This document shows, piece after piece, positions 1-12,380 of a DNA stretch of 64,000 nt. Numbering within the stretch: the stretch's first letter is position 1; each line of letters starts with the position of its first letter. Origin of the DNA: Octopus sinensis (taxonomy: Eukaryota); contig NC_043004.1 in the NCBI RefSeq assembly GCF_006345805.1, positions 71,672,001 through 71,736,000 of the forward strand, in the 5' to 3' direction. The position numbers and the translations under genes were made by a program. The notes under the pieces are model-generated. The model made no database searches. It had not been told where the DNA came from and was given only the letters and a program-made list of their open reading frames with translations.

Positions 1-450
1 ACTAATATGGCAGTCTATAAATAAGACTAAAGCTGTCGCTGATCAGCTCCAAGAGGCCAACGCCTCTAGCTAGCTATATGACACACGAACCTGCATCCAT
101 TACAACTAGTAGTATATCTTCTTCACTGATATCTTTACTAATCCATCGTAACGAGTTCGTTCAGTCGACTGTGCTCCATCGGGGTGCTGAAGAGACTTTT
201 GAACTGGTCATTCAGTACCTCACTGATCCTGGTTGGACTAACTGTTAGGGAGCCAAACTTTTGGAAGAAGGGCTCCTATATTCCAGCGTACTGAGGTTGT
301 TTCTTTGGCGTAATGAAAGAAGCCTTTTTGGTTTGACAATGTTTTTTATAACTCAAGCTTCTTTGCCTGCTCTCTCCCTCGCATAGGATTGTTGCTGGCT
401 TTTGATCTGAGATCGTGTGCGGAAACAAAAACAGTTGCACTACAGAAATT
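1..450 (-). mobile_element. Decayed CR1/L2-type LINE ORF2 fragment (between endonuclease and RT)
   Basis: The minus strand reads KGFFHYAKETTSVRWNIGALL, then after a frameshift GSLTVSPTRISEVLNDQFKSLFSTP. This matches the CR1-type KxFF.Y...N..F.S.F region. Confidence 0.55.
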
Positions 451-1128
451 GTTTAGTAAACAGGTCGCGGTCTCAAAGCGAAGAAAATATTTTGGCAAAT
501 TAAGTTTAAATGTCGAAGTGAATCTAACGGCTTTTGTGTGTTTTTAACTTTCTTATAAACGCCTTCCACGCTGCAGCTGTATATATATATATATATATAT
601 ATAGATATATGTGTGCGTGTGTGCGTATGTGTGTGTGTGGGTGGGTGTGGGTGTGTGTATGCATATACATACATACATATATATATATATACACATAATG
701 ATAGACATATTACAAGAAAAAATAATGTTGTTACACACAGGTAACGTAACATATACATCCACTCGTATGACAGCGTAAAAAGTAAACGGTTTCTGGTAAT
801 AATTACTTTTCTTTTGTTTCTTTTTCTAGTCTTTTTCTTTTTTAACTATTTTATGCATTTAACATTTCTGCATAAAACTGATGTTTCAGGCAATCACTGT
901 ACGGTAGGACCGGAGCTTTTATACGTGTGAAATTACCAACCCCAGTCGTGTGCTAGGCGTATATAATTAGATCGTGGTGCGCGAGCTCAGTGTGAAGTCG
1001 GAGTTCCCACCTCTTCTCAGTTGCGGACTGTACATCGCAGAGAGCAGATGCGCCACAACTTCACTCTCCCTTCAACGTGGTTCTTTACTGAAGTTTGCAT
1101 TTACTACATCAGTAACTATTTCTTGTAA

Positions 1129-1390
1129 ATGTCTGATCATATGATGGATCGGTTGTTAAATAGCGGAAGCATGTTAAAACGAGACAATAACAACACAGGA
1201 TGTGAAAGTGCGACAAGTTCAAATGAAAAGACACTGACTCATCAGTCGAAACGCAAAAACAGTAAATATTGTGATTTATACGTATCCTTTGGAGTTATAA
1301 GGAGAGGTTGTGAAGGTGAATAGAAACCACAATGCGTTCTGTTATGAAATATTGTCGAATGAAAGTATGACGCCAGCCAAACTTTGTCAA
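1129..1390 (+). mobile_element. hAT (Buster/Charlie-like) transposase N-terminal BED-finger remnant
   Basis: KRKNSKYCDLYVSFGV...*KPQCVL(fs)YEILSNESMTPAKL resembles the RKY..Y+.FGF...KPQCV+C.E.LSNESM.P.KL motif. It is cut off by an RTE fragment. Confidence 0.6.
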
Positions 1391-1992
1391 TCTTTTCCTT
1401 GTACTAGGCTGTCTGCACTTCCTCATACAAATTTCTCTATCGGGTATTTTTAAGCTTCCTGAATTCTTTTTGTAAGTTTGCCTTTTTGAGACTTGTAAAA
1501 CTTTTCTAGTACCACTTTGTTCTTTGTGCTTAGATCCAGAAGCTTTTGATGAGTTCATCTCACCCAGTCTCGATGCTGTCTCCTCTTAGAACCTAACATC
1601 ATTGATCCTATTTTATATATTCCATCCTGAAACGACTCCCATGCACCGTCAAAACGAGCATTGCTGCACCTCTCCTGAAATAACTGCAAAACTTGTGGTT
1701 TCAGCTGCTCTAAATCAATTCTCTTTTGAACTGGTACACCTGCACTACAAATCATCTTGGTGACCATCAACTTAAACTCAGCTCTAACGATCTTGTGATC
1801 ACTATCATATTTAACACCTCGCAATACCCTAGGACTGCACAAATCCTGTAAGTCAGCTTTCCGTGTTAATTCCCAGAGTGAACTTGCTTTGATTTTGAAT
1901 AAATTCAGGTAACTTTATGCTTCCACTTATGAAATAAAGTATTCCCAACAATCAGCCCCAGCTCAGAACACATTTGTAGTAGATGCAGCGTC
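1390..1992 (-). mobile_element. RTE-clade LINE fragment (APE endonuclease C-terminus and linker)
   Basis: Minus-strand peptides CSELGLIVGNTLFHK..KHKVT, RVLRGVKYDSDHKIVRAEFKL and LGSKRRQHRDW are RTE/BovB-type motifs. Stops and frameshifts are present. Confidence 0.75.
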
Positions 1993-2192
1993 CACTAAGT
2001 CCTGAGCAGACCTAAGTACCCCAAATATATCCAAAATTTTATCCTACATTAGTTATAAATTGAATAGTGTTCACTTTCGGATTCTGTCACTCTGTGAAAG
2101 TTTCTAGTTCGAATCACACGTGTCTCGAGATGTGCCGAAGTTTTTCTATTTTGGATATATTTGGGGTACTTAGGTCTGCTCAGGACTTAGTG
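1993..2192. repeat. Perfect 45-bp inverted repeat (1993-2037 / 2148-2192) with a 110-bp spacer
   Basis: cactaagtcctgagcagacctaagtaccccaaatatatccaaaat is the exact reverse complement of 2148-2192. Confidence 0.95.
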
Positions 2193-2237
2193 TTTGCTTT
2201 TTCCATGGATATGAGTAAGTATTTCATTTATATCCCA

Positions 2238-2308
2238 CGTATTTATCGCTGAAGAGGGGAAATTCTTATGAATTAACACCGAAATTGGGACCAATACGGT
2301 AATAACGG
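2238..2308 (+). ncRNA. Candidate type I hammerhead ribozyme (family E)
   Basis: Stem I ttatcg/cggtaa; core CUGAAGA (2249-2255); stem II GGGG..CACC with an inner aattc/gaatt hairpin; GAAA (2281-2284); stem III AUUG/CAAU; cleavage triplet AUA (2294-2296). Confidence 0.6.
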
Positions 2309-2449
2309 ATTTTTTAGAAATTTCTATAGGTTTGTTTCGAGACGCATAAATTATAATGGTTATTGACAATTTTTGTCTTTTTTTCGGCATATTTGGCATT
2401 AGAATTTTTCTTTTGCCCTTATTTTGTAAATTATTTATGAATTTAACCT

Positions 2450-2548
2450 TTTAGGTGTTTTCGCTCAATAAACACTCACAACGAAACAACGAAACCGCGA
2501 TCCTGCGACCGCGAGTCCGCTGCCCTAATCACTAGGCCATTGCGCCTC
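2450..2548 (-). mobile_element. tRNA-derived SINE, 5' fragment
   Basis: The reverse complement begins ggaggcgcaatggcctagtgattagggcagcggactcgcgg (A-box-like head). It is homologous to the longer copy at 49038-49346. Confidence 0.75.
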
Positions 2549-2692
<144 letters not shown>

Positions 2693-2940
2693 ATACATAT
2701 ACGACACTACATCCTGTGTGGATATATATAATATTTCTATTTATAGATGTGAATACCTATCTGTTTCTACATGTGTTTAAGTGTATGTGTGAACATATAG
2801 GTATGTGTATACCTATGTATTTATATATGTATGTGTGTGTGTATGCATATGCAGTTGAAATTTACAGAAAAACAAAAAACTAAGACAGTTGTATAACCAA
2901 CAAGCAGGTGTATTAGTCTGACACTCGGGAAGGTGAGAAA

Positions 2941-2982
2941 GTCTTTTACGTTTCGGGCCCACGCTCTTCAACAGAGAGGAAC
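2941..2982 (-). ncRNA. Minimal hammerhead-like motif with variant core CUGUUGA (family C)
   Basis: Reverse complement cctct-CTGTTGA-a-gagc-gtgg-gccc-GAAA-C-GTA-aaag. Its flank (about 2870-2990) is homologous to 48350-48460. Confidence 0.4.
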
Positions 2983-3189
2983 ACAAGTAAATAAACAGAC
3001 AATAAATGTATATGTATATTTGTTTATATTTTTATATACGCTCGTACGTTTGTATATCTATATGTATATACGCTTGTATTTTGCATGTATGTGTATACGT
3101 TGCATAAACCAGTTATTGTATTGTGAAATCTAGGAACTTATTAAATGCATGGGTCCTAACTTCATAAAACAAACTTACAGTAATTAATT

Positions 3190-3620
3190 TATCATAGATA
3201 TAAATGATTGCCCTTTTGCTACCATACCATGAAGAGGGTAGCAACTTCACTGGCGATCTCTTCTCCAATAGCACCGCCTTCCATCTGTTTATACAGCTTA
3301 GTGTTAAACTTAAAGATATGGTTTTTAAGAGTAGTTCTCAGGCTGACCCCGATAACATGTGCGACAGTAGTTCTGATGTCGTGTGCATCTGAAGGTGAGT
3401 AGCCTGGCTTCGCCCAGCCATGCAAGCGTTGACAGTGGGTATTTTTGTATGCTTTATGCTGAGGTAATGGTAAGTGGTCTACCACGTTTTTTACGGGTGG
3501 GACAAGCATATACAAGAGTATTGTTAGACATATTTGAATGTATTATAGCAAAAGCTAGTAGGCTGAAGTTAGTGGGGGTAGGGAGAATAGAGTCTACTAA
3601 TGCTCTAGATTAAATTCCTC
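3190..3620 (-). mobile_element. Penelope-like reverse transcriptase fragment
   Basis: ORF 3219-3515 contains NHIFKFNTKLYKQMEGGAIGEEIASEVATLFMVW, matching the PLE RT motif NH.+.F...Y.Q..GG.IG. Confidence 0.55.
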
Positions 3621-4180
3621 AAAATGAGGATGGATTTATGGCTTTGACAATTTCTACTACCCCTTCCTCCATTCAACCAAGAATAGAAAACCCCCTCCCC
3701 ACTGATAGATCGAAATAACAAAGTAAATTCAGTGAGAAAAATCTACAGACGGAGAAGAACATACTACCACTATGTTCTTAATGATGAACTTAACATTTCT
3801 GTCTATATATCTACCCTTTTGTAATGTTGGCAAATGAAATAAGTATAAGAATGTGCATTGTCCGTTTTAATTTTAAAATTCTATATGTGGCTGAAGGTCG
3901 CTCGACATATAAAAACTGATGTCATACTTACAGTGTTTAATAAAATGAAGTAGCATGAAACAATTGTGCTACACTACCTTGGATATCCTTGTTGCTTATT
4001 TTGATTATAATCACCCGATATGATTTATATGGATAATGCCATACAAAATTCTGGTGCCTTTAACTTAAGTAGCATATTAATCTGAATCTAAATTTTGCTG
4101 AACTTACATATATATATATATATATATATTATTAGTGAATTGAAGAAATGGAGTTGAACGAAGATTGAACAGAAATCGTT

Positions 4181-4275
4181 TTATTGCATTCTACACATGT
4201 TTCGAAAGCCACAATTTACCAAATTCCGATTGAATAAGGAGACCATATTGTGTCTTTCTCTTCAGGAAGAAATAG
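4181..4275 (-). ncRNA. Type I hammerhead ribozyme, left-arm copy (family A2)
   Basis: Mirror image of 4413-4507. Stem III reads GAAAC-AUGU-GUA. Confidence 0.75.
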
Positions 4276-4412
4276 GAAATCCGTTGGAAAAAACAAAAAC
4301 AGAACAGAGGCGGAGCAAAACAAATCGAACGAGGCTCCTAAGAGCCCATGGAGCCTCGTTCGATTTGTTTTGCTCCGCCTCTGTTCTGTTTTTGTTTTTT
4401 CCAACGGATTTC

Positions 4413-4507
4413 CTATTTCTTCCTGAAGAGAAAGACACAATATGGTCTCCTTATTCAATCAGAATTTGGTAAATTGTGGCTTTCGAAACACGTGTAGAAT
4501 GCAATAA
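4413..4507 (+). ncRNA. Type I hammerhead ribozyme with long stem II (family A2)
   Basis: ttc-CUGAAGA (4423-4429)-GAAAGACACAAU...AUUGUGGCUUUC-GAAAC-ACGU-GUA (4494-4496)-gaa. Stem II pairs at 11 of 12 positions, and stem III ACACGUGU is palindromic. Confidence 0.8.
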
Positions 4508-4710
4508 AACGATTTCTGTTCAATCTTCGTTCAACTCCATTTCTTCAATTCACTAATAATATTAAAATTCAATTATCCGCTCCAACGCATGGTTGCAACA
4601 CCATATGGTTGTACCTCCAACTGTGGTGTCTTCTGCTGTGATTTTTGCTACCAAGGTATCGGTTAAACTTTTGATTAATCTGCAACAAGATTATTCATCT
4701 TTCTATTTCA

Positions 4711-4844
<134 letters not shown>

Positions 4845-5466
4845 ATATATCCATATATGTGCGTTTGTGGTGTGTGATAACATAGTACGTCATCGAACAG
4901 GTTAGATATACAGGTAACATGGTGACCTGTATATGTAAGTAAATGGTACCTGGCCATCAGAAAGAAACCTCTGAAAGTTTTCAGCTCCTAGAAACTATAA
5001 ATTGCAGTATTTTTATATATATATAAGTATGTATGTGTGTGTGTGTGTATGTGTGTGTGTGTGTATTTATATACAGTATATTCTTTTGGTAAATTCGTCA
5101 CCGTCTGTTTAGATTAATTTTTTATGCTTCTTCATGATTGCTTCTTTAGTCAGTAATGCTTTAAAAATGTGTAAGGTAGATCAAAATGAATCGAACAAAA
5201 CTCAATACATCATCAGCAACTTAATCGATCGTAGGTGAATCTTACATTCAAAGTATATGTCATATTGACCAGAGTGAAACGCACAGCTTCGGATTGGACT
5301 ATATACTATACAAAACTTGATCGATAATTAAAATGAGAGTTTGAGAAATTCATGACTTGCACACTAGATAGCCGTAATGTATTTAAATAAATAGAAAGCT
5401 ACCAATATATTGACATTATATATCAATATATTGGGAAGTCAAAATATAAATCTCTGTTCACGAACC

Positions 5467-5512
<46 letters not shown>

Positions 5513-6509
5513 CATTATCGAACCTGGAGCTCAACTATAGTCTGTTCATAGCACTTACTCAGCATTACCTGACACCTTTGGGTTTATATATATATATATA
5601 GCTTGCGTCGAGTGGTTTATTTACGCGGATCTGTGGATAGAAGTAAAAATTGATTAAAAATATAACGAAGCTAATAGTAAAGTTGATAATTTACTTATCA
5701 TCTGAATTGTAAAGCATTTTGACAAGAAAGAAAAAAAAACATTATAACACCTCTAGTTTTTTAGAGAAGTGAAATATCCTGACGACAACTTCTTAGGTAA
5801 GTTTGTATTGTTCACCTATCTTTACACGAGTGAAAAGAATTTGACGATATTGTTTTAAGAATATATCATTTTTTATTGAAATCAGTGTACATAAATCAAC
5901 TGCTTTCATCAGTCTGTGGAATTATCCTTACTTAAATCTTAAAACGTAAGAACTACGATAATGCAATACGAAATACGCACATTTATTAAAATTTGAAAAA
6001 CAAGAAACATTAACACACAGACGATTTTCTTTACTGTGAGATGTTTCTAGTCGGTAAAATTTCATCTGAAAGGGAAGTTTACTTAGTCAGCCCGAAGCAG
6101 TCGTGAATCTTAAAATATATTAAGTTTGCGATATTTTGTACCAAAAGAGAGATAATGCTAGAATTGTTTCTAGCGTTGGAAATTACTGTCGTTGATTTTT
6201 GCTTTCATTAGGTTTTCTATTGATTTCCTATTTCCAATGAAAGTGGACGGAAGAACGGTGGGTTTCTAGAATCAAGCATCGACACTTCAAATGTATTTAC
6301 TATTCAGACACGTACCTTTACGTTCTAGTTCCGAATCCCACCGCAGTGGATTTTTGCCATTCGTCAATCTGAGTCCTATGTGACTTGTGTCTCAGTTAGA
6401 AATCAGTATTGGTTCTAGATAGAGGGCTGTATATGAGAAAATTGTTCCATCTCTCGAAATAAATGCACTTATTTAGATTCCATTCGACTTCCCCTTCGTA
6501 AGTAACGAG

Positions 6510-8493
6510 ATGGTAATGCAAGCTCAACTAACATACAGAAAGTCGATCAAATCAATTATTTATTTTTGCTTTAGAAAATCATGCTTTTGTACCTATGTAA
6601 CAAATTTGTTTGGTTTCTTTGCGTTGAACTTTGCGTTATCATCCTCTGCAATGGCTCCCAAGCGTGCTGCTTCTTCCAAGGCTGGTACTGAGCCGAAACG
6701 CAAACGAAGAATGATGACGATCGCTGAGAAAGTGAAACATCTGTATATGTTGAAGGAAGGGAGAACATTTTCTGCCGTAGCCCGCCATTTTAGCGTGAAC
6801 GAATCCACCGTTCGCTACATCAAGAAGGACGAGGCTGCCATCACCTTTAATAAGTCGGCGAAGAGAGTGGTTACGGCTCGTAATAAAACTATCATCCGTA
6901 TGGAAGCTGCTTTAGCCGTATGGACAGCCGACTGCCGAAAGAAAAACATAGCCTTGGATACGAACATCATCCAAACAAAAGCTAGGAGCCTGTATGAGAC
7001 TTTCACCACTAAGGAACCTGAGGATGCCAGTGGCGACCATAAAGAAGAGGAAGAAGACGAAGACGAAGACTATGTAGAAGATCCGTAACAAGGGACGTCC
7101 AGTGATTCACTACCCCAAAACATCCTTTTTCTGCTAGCAAAGGGTGGTTTGTTAAGTTTCAGAAACGCTTCTGCCTACAAAGCGTTTCCCTGCATGGCGA
7201 GGCTGCTTCTGCTGAAACATACGTGAATGAAACTTTCAAGAAGATTATCTCCGAAGGTGGATATAAGCTCGAATATGTTTTTAATATAGACGAGACGGTC
7301 TTGTTTTGGAAAACAATGCATGCCGTCGCGAACTTTCCTGTTCAAATAGGAAGCGAAATCCTCTGGCTTTAAAGCAAACAAGGATCGTATGTCCCTCATG
7401 ATGTGTGGCAATGCTGCGGGAGTTTTGTTAAAGCCAGGACTTATTTACAAGTCTAAAAACCCAAGGGTTTTCAAAATCAAAAACAAGAATCTGCTACCCG
7501 TACATTGGATGCACAATCAAAAGGCGTGGATAACAATGATGCTGACTTTCGACTGGTTCCACTAGTCTTTTATCCCACACGCGAAGGTGTATCTTTTAGA
7601 GAAAGGTTTGCCATTCGAAATTCTCCTTATGCATAACGCTGGTGGCCACATTACTGATCTGTCGCATGAGGGCATTCAGATCGAGTTCCTGCCGCCCAAA
7701 ACTACATCACTTATTCAACCAATGGACCAGGAGTTATCATGGAGTTCAAGGCCCTATACACGAGGAATGTACTGGCGAACCTGATTGCTTCTGTAGATGC
7801 CGCCCCAGAAGATGAAGACGAAAATTTTAACTTCTAGGCATACTACGGCAGCACACAATTGCTACGTGCCTCCAAAATATCCAGAAGGCATTACTAAAAA
7901 ATGAAGCCTGCCACCATTAATGCGAGCTGGAAAAATTTGTGGCCCGAGGTTATTTACGACGACAAGGGATTCACACCTTCCGAAATCCAACACTCCGCAG
8001 TTTTGAAGTTGACTGCGATCATTGGAGGTGACGGATTTGCAGACATGACCATGGGAGACATCAACGCGTTATTAGACTGCCACTCCCAGCCGCTAACCGA
8101 CGCAGACTTCGAAGACTTCCTTTCACAATGTTTTTGCAGTCTGGCAAAAAAGAGCCAGTTCCTGCTGCTACTACTACGGTTGCACCTTCGGTAGATATGG
8201 AAGAGGTGTTCCAGGAAAGGAAACCGCCGTCAGCTTCACCATCATCATTTCTACTGCGCAGCAAATTCATCACCATCATCATTCAAATTTTACTTCAACT
8301 TCTTTCGTGTTGAGTACAGTAACAATCTTATTTTTTAAAAATCTAAGCTGTTATTACTAAACAGTTGTCCTTGTTATTAATAGACTACTATAATAGATTG
8401 TTTGTGAACAGCATAAGGATGGTTTTAAAAGTCCAAATGCACGATAAATAAATACTGTAAATGCGGTGTCCATACTTTGTGGAGGGATCACTG
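6510..8493 (+). mobile_element. Decayed Tigger/pogo DNA transposon (CENP-B HTH plus DDE_1 transposase pseudogene)
   Basis: MAPKR...KRKRRMMTIAEKVK...NESTVRYIKK; ASKGWF..FQKRF; VFNIDETVLFWK; KDRMSLMMCGNAAG; LLMHNAGGH; QPMDQE. Several stops and frameshifts. A candidate 3' TIR end ggagggatcactg lies at 8481-8493. Confidence 0.9.
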
Positions 8494-8564
8494 CATTCCT
8501 TTACATATTTCAGTCAAATGACGGTGGTCATTGTGGAGCGTCGCCTAATTGTCGAATAAGTCCA

Positions 8565-8700
8565 CCCCTGGGGTAATTCTCTGTAAGCCTGGTGCTTATT
8601 CTATCAGTCTCTTGTGCCGAGCAATTAGTTACGAGGACACAAGCACACCAACATCGGTTATCAAGAAGTGGTGTAGGGTGACATATACACAAACATAAAT
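8565..8700 (-). mobile_element. SINE 3' fragment (family of 52855-53252)
   Basis: gtaagcctggtgcttattctatcagtctc...cacaccaacatcggttatcaag aligns with 52947-53045. Confidence 0.6.
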
Positions 8701-8789
8701 ATATATATATATTTATATATATGTATGTTTATATCTATCTATCTATCTATCTCTATATATCTATATATATATATCTATATCTATATATA

Positions 8790-8858
<69 letters not shown>

Positions 8859-9107
8859 GCGCAATGAAGTGGGAGGGTTCATCTTTGTTCGCTTAGTATT
8901 TGGGTTTAGATTTTGAATTTGTCGAATCTGGGTTGTTTTTTGCTGGTCAGTTATTTTTAGCGTTTTGACAGAAAAAAGTAATTCTAGAATTGCTTTTTAA
9001 CATAAGCGTGCCCAAAGAAGTCGGAACGTACACAAAGCAGGTTTTACAGTCACATCATCCAAACCGTCGACCGTGTGAAACCGGGCTTAGCTGCTAGTAT
9101 ATATATA

Positions 9108-9181
<74 letters not shown>

Positions 9182-9235
9182 TATAGATACATATATATAC
9201 ATATATATATATATGTATGTATGTATATATATACA

Positions 9236-9310
<75 letters not shown>

Positions 9311-10220
9311 CTTTGAGGTGTTTAGTTTCAAAGAAGAAGCCATGGCTGTTATAGCATGGAAATCTAGATTTACTTACGGAGACAGCAACTGAGTATGGCC
9401 TGAGGAGATACATACAGATCTTCTTATACATGGTAAATCATTACATAATTTAATTTGAACTTAACCTAAAATCCTGTATATACGAGGATCTGTATGTATC
9501 GAAACAATTGTAGTGATTAAAAACCTGCCTAACAGTACTTACTCTCTTCCTTTTGATTCTTTTACTTTTTACGTTTTACTTTATGCATACATACATACAT
9601 ACATAGTTACATACACACACACTCACACATATATATAATTGGCTTCTTTCAGATTTTATCTACGAAATTCACTCACAAGGCTTTGGTCGGCCCGAACTCT
9701 TTAAAGTATTGAGTTGAATTTCGTGTAGCCACCTATGGGCAACTTTTCTCCTCCCCTACCCATTTGTATGGAATATTACCCACTTTCTGGTTTCTTTTCA
9801 CAGCCATACCCCGTTCAAAACTTTACTTGGTTTTTGTATGAAAAAAAAAATAAAACGAAGGGAGGTAGGCTTGTTTGTAATTTGTAGACGAAAATGTTAA
9901 ACGTGCCTGAAAAATAGATAAAAGTATTTCCCTCCAACTAAAAGGCATGAAGAACTGTCAAAGAAGCCGAATAAGTTCCGGGTGTGGGAGAAAGAAGAAA
10001 TAACTAACAGTCGATCGTTCTAGAACTTCCAGAATGAACACGTACACACCTGAAACACGTTCCATCTATTCACTACTTAATATCTTTCTCTCTTCTACAT
10101 TGTTAAAAGTAAAGGAGCTAGAATGGATAGATAGTATTTCAGGCTAATTGTCATTTGAAGTTGTTGATGCTTTCCTTTCTGTGTATCGCTTCACTCCATT
10201 TCTCTACGGTTAAGAGAGTG

Positions 10221-10445
10221 AAGGTGCGTGGCTCAGTGGTCAGGTGTATTCGACTAACGATCGTAAAATCATGGGTACGATTCTCGGTGGCACACAAATT
10301 CAACTTGTTGCTGTCCACTCAGCTGGCAAAAAATAAAGAGTTGTCGCTGCAATTCAAAGAGGTCAGCCTTGCCACATTCTGTGTAAGATTCAGTCTCCTT
10401 GAGAACTACGTTATGGACTGTATGTCAGTGGAGTACTCAGCCAAT
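10221..10445 (+). mobile_element. Decayed tRNA-derived SINE
   Basis: The head ggtgcgtggctcagtggtcaggtgtattcgactaacgatcgtaaaatcatgggtacgattctc has A-box/B-box-like motifs and is followed by a SINE-type body. Confidence 0.55.
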
Positions 10446-10501
10446 TGCTTGTAAATTTTATAACAACAGCATGTGCATTTATATATATATATACTTTATT
10501 G

Positions 10502-10636
10502 AAAAGCAGCAGAACTGTACTCAGAGTTTCCCGTTCTCGTTCGTCGGGCATTTTTGTTTAGATTCTATACAAAAATGTTCGACAAAAGGAATGGGAAACT
10601 CTGAGTAACAGTTTTTATGATATTTCTGCTGCTTTT
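10502..10636. repeat. Imperfect fold-back carrying a CCGACGA hammerhead-like motif (family D)
   Basis: aaaagcagcagaa..actcagagtttccc pairs with gggaaactctgagt..ttctgctgctttt. The minus strand at 10516-10550 reads CCGACGA-ACG-AGAA-CGG-GAAACUCUGAGUA. Homologous to 58133-58267. Confidence 0.65.
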
Positions 10637-10719
10637 AAATACAGCACATTACTCTACCTCTGGTATTTGAGTACTCGTTTTTCCACCTCGTTTCACATTT
10701 ATGTGCTTACTCGGTATAT

Positions 10720-10782
<63 letters not shown>

Positions 10783-10787
<5 letters not shown>

Positions 10788-11905
10788 CGTCTCCCGAAGA
10801 ATATAAACACACTTTAAATAATTGTAAAGTGGGTGTTTATTAAAATGCATTTCATTTACAAAGTTTAATAGAATCTACAGATATTATTCTATTGTTTTGT
10901 CAATGTCTTTTTTCAAACTGATGTCCGTCCTGGTCTGGGCACTGCTGACAACGCCGAAGAATGGAATCACAAACGTCACGAAACAATTAGTTTAGTATTT
11001 CTGTGCATTCTCGTTCAATGTCTGCTATGAAATCAGCGACTGTTGCAGGTTTTGTATCCCCTTAAAAATGACTAGTGGTGCGAGGTCTGGTGAACGCAGC
11101 GGTTATGCAACGAAACCCCTTCCTCCAATCCACCGTTTTCGCAAGAGCTCATTAAGGAAGGATCTAACATCTCGATGGTAATTAGGGGAGTGCCCCATCT
11201 TGCTGAAAATAAAATTCCTGATCTACAAAGTGTTCTCTAATGAGACAGACAGCAACTTCAAGTAAATGGAACCAGAATCAGCAGCGTCAAAGAAGAATGG
11301 TTCAATTACTCCTCTTAATGATAAAACACCACACTGCTACTCCTGATAAATTAACGTAGTGTTCCATCATAGCATTAGGATTCTCAAGGTCCGCAGTGGG
11401 TGAAGTTGTGGCGATTAATTGAGACATTTAATTTGAATGTGGCCTCATAACTCCACATGAAATTTGTTGGAACGTGTGCGTCTTCTGCACATCGTGCCAG
11501 GTGCCACCCGTTCGGTGTGGATCATCGTCATTAATAGCATGGACAAATCTTTGCATTAACAATGCTTTAAAATGCGTTTAACAGATGATTTTGAAATACC
11601 AGCCTCCAGACTCGCTTGCCGCACACATTTTCTTGGACTTTGGAGATAAGTTTCCAGCACTCTTTCTTGCTTTGTGGGGGCTCTCGATGTTCGTGGTCTT
11701 CCGAAACGCTTCTCGTGGACATTCTGAACAATTCCATCGGCTTCAAACTAGTCTCTAATACGAGTGATGCTTGAAACTCCATCCTAAACTGTCTTTGCAC
11801 TTCAACTGCGTTTTCACTCTTCCAGTAGCATTTTAAAATGAATTTCCTTTCTGCAAAGCTTAGTATGGCTGGCATCATTAATTCCAGTGAGTTTTATCTG
11901 GAAAG
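10783..11905 (-). mobile_element. Decayed Tc1/mariner DD41D (rosa-type) transposon
   Basis: LSFAERKFILKCYWKSENAVEVQRQF; [14 protein letters not shown]; QDGA...RWIGGRG...PLRSPDLAPL. After removing one frameshift there are 41 residues between the second Asp and the third-Asp position. A TIR-like end TA-cagcgtctcccgaagaatataaacac lies at 10783. Confidence 0.8.
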
Positions 11906-12123
11906 AAAAAATAACAGTTGAGTTATTCTGTATCACTCTATCTCTTTCTGTATATATATATATATATATTTCTTATTTATTTTATTTTATCTAGTTTCAG
12001 TTCATGAGCTGTGGCCATGCTGGGGTACCGCCAATATATATATATATATATAAATTAGAAAAATATATTCTTGTTTAATAAATAAGATACAATTAATTAA
12101 AATATTTAAAACAAATCTATCTA

Positions 12124-12225
<102 letters not shown>

Positions 12226-12380
12226 ATGCAAAATAAACATTAAGTGAAAACTAAATACAACACTTTAAGCCATATACATTAAATAAAATTATTAATTAAT
12301 TTATTTATTAATAAACATCCAAATAAAATCTAATACCCATTAAGCAATTTATACTAAAAACCTTAATGTTAAGTAATATA

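Larger units (their letters stand above)
4126..4562. mobile_element. 437-bp fold-back palindrome (213-bp arms, 11-nt loop) made of a hammerhead-bearing PLE terminus
   Basis: 4126-4338 is the reverse complement of 4350-4562, with two mismatches by my count. The element continues to about 4705 and has (TA)n at both ends. It shares aatggagttgaacga and gctacc.aggtatcggttaa with the PLE at 19268-21361. Confidence 0.9.

Noticed and set aside
2450-2548. tRNA-like heads here and at 10221, 49038 and 59843
   Set aside because: They do not fold into full cloverleaves and continue into SINE bodies, so they are SINEs rather than tRNA genes.
4197-4472. Two near-identical ORFs on opposite strands (91 aa and 80 aa)
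   Set aside because: They follow trivially from the 437-bp palindrome and have no protein motif.
4900-4960. Hairpin atatacaggtaac/gtgacctgtatat near a CTGATGG on the minus strand
   Set aside because: There is no GAAA core half and no stem I, so it cannot be called a hammerhead.
5195-5235. CTGATGA heptamers on the minus strand here and at about 1240, 5905, 31955 and 49425
   Set aside because: None has a downstream stem II plus GAAA plus NUH arrangement; this is expected by chance.
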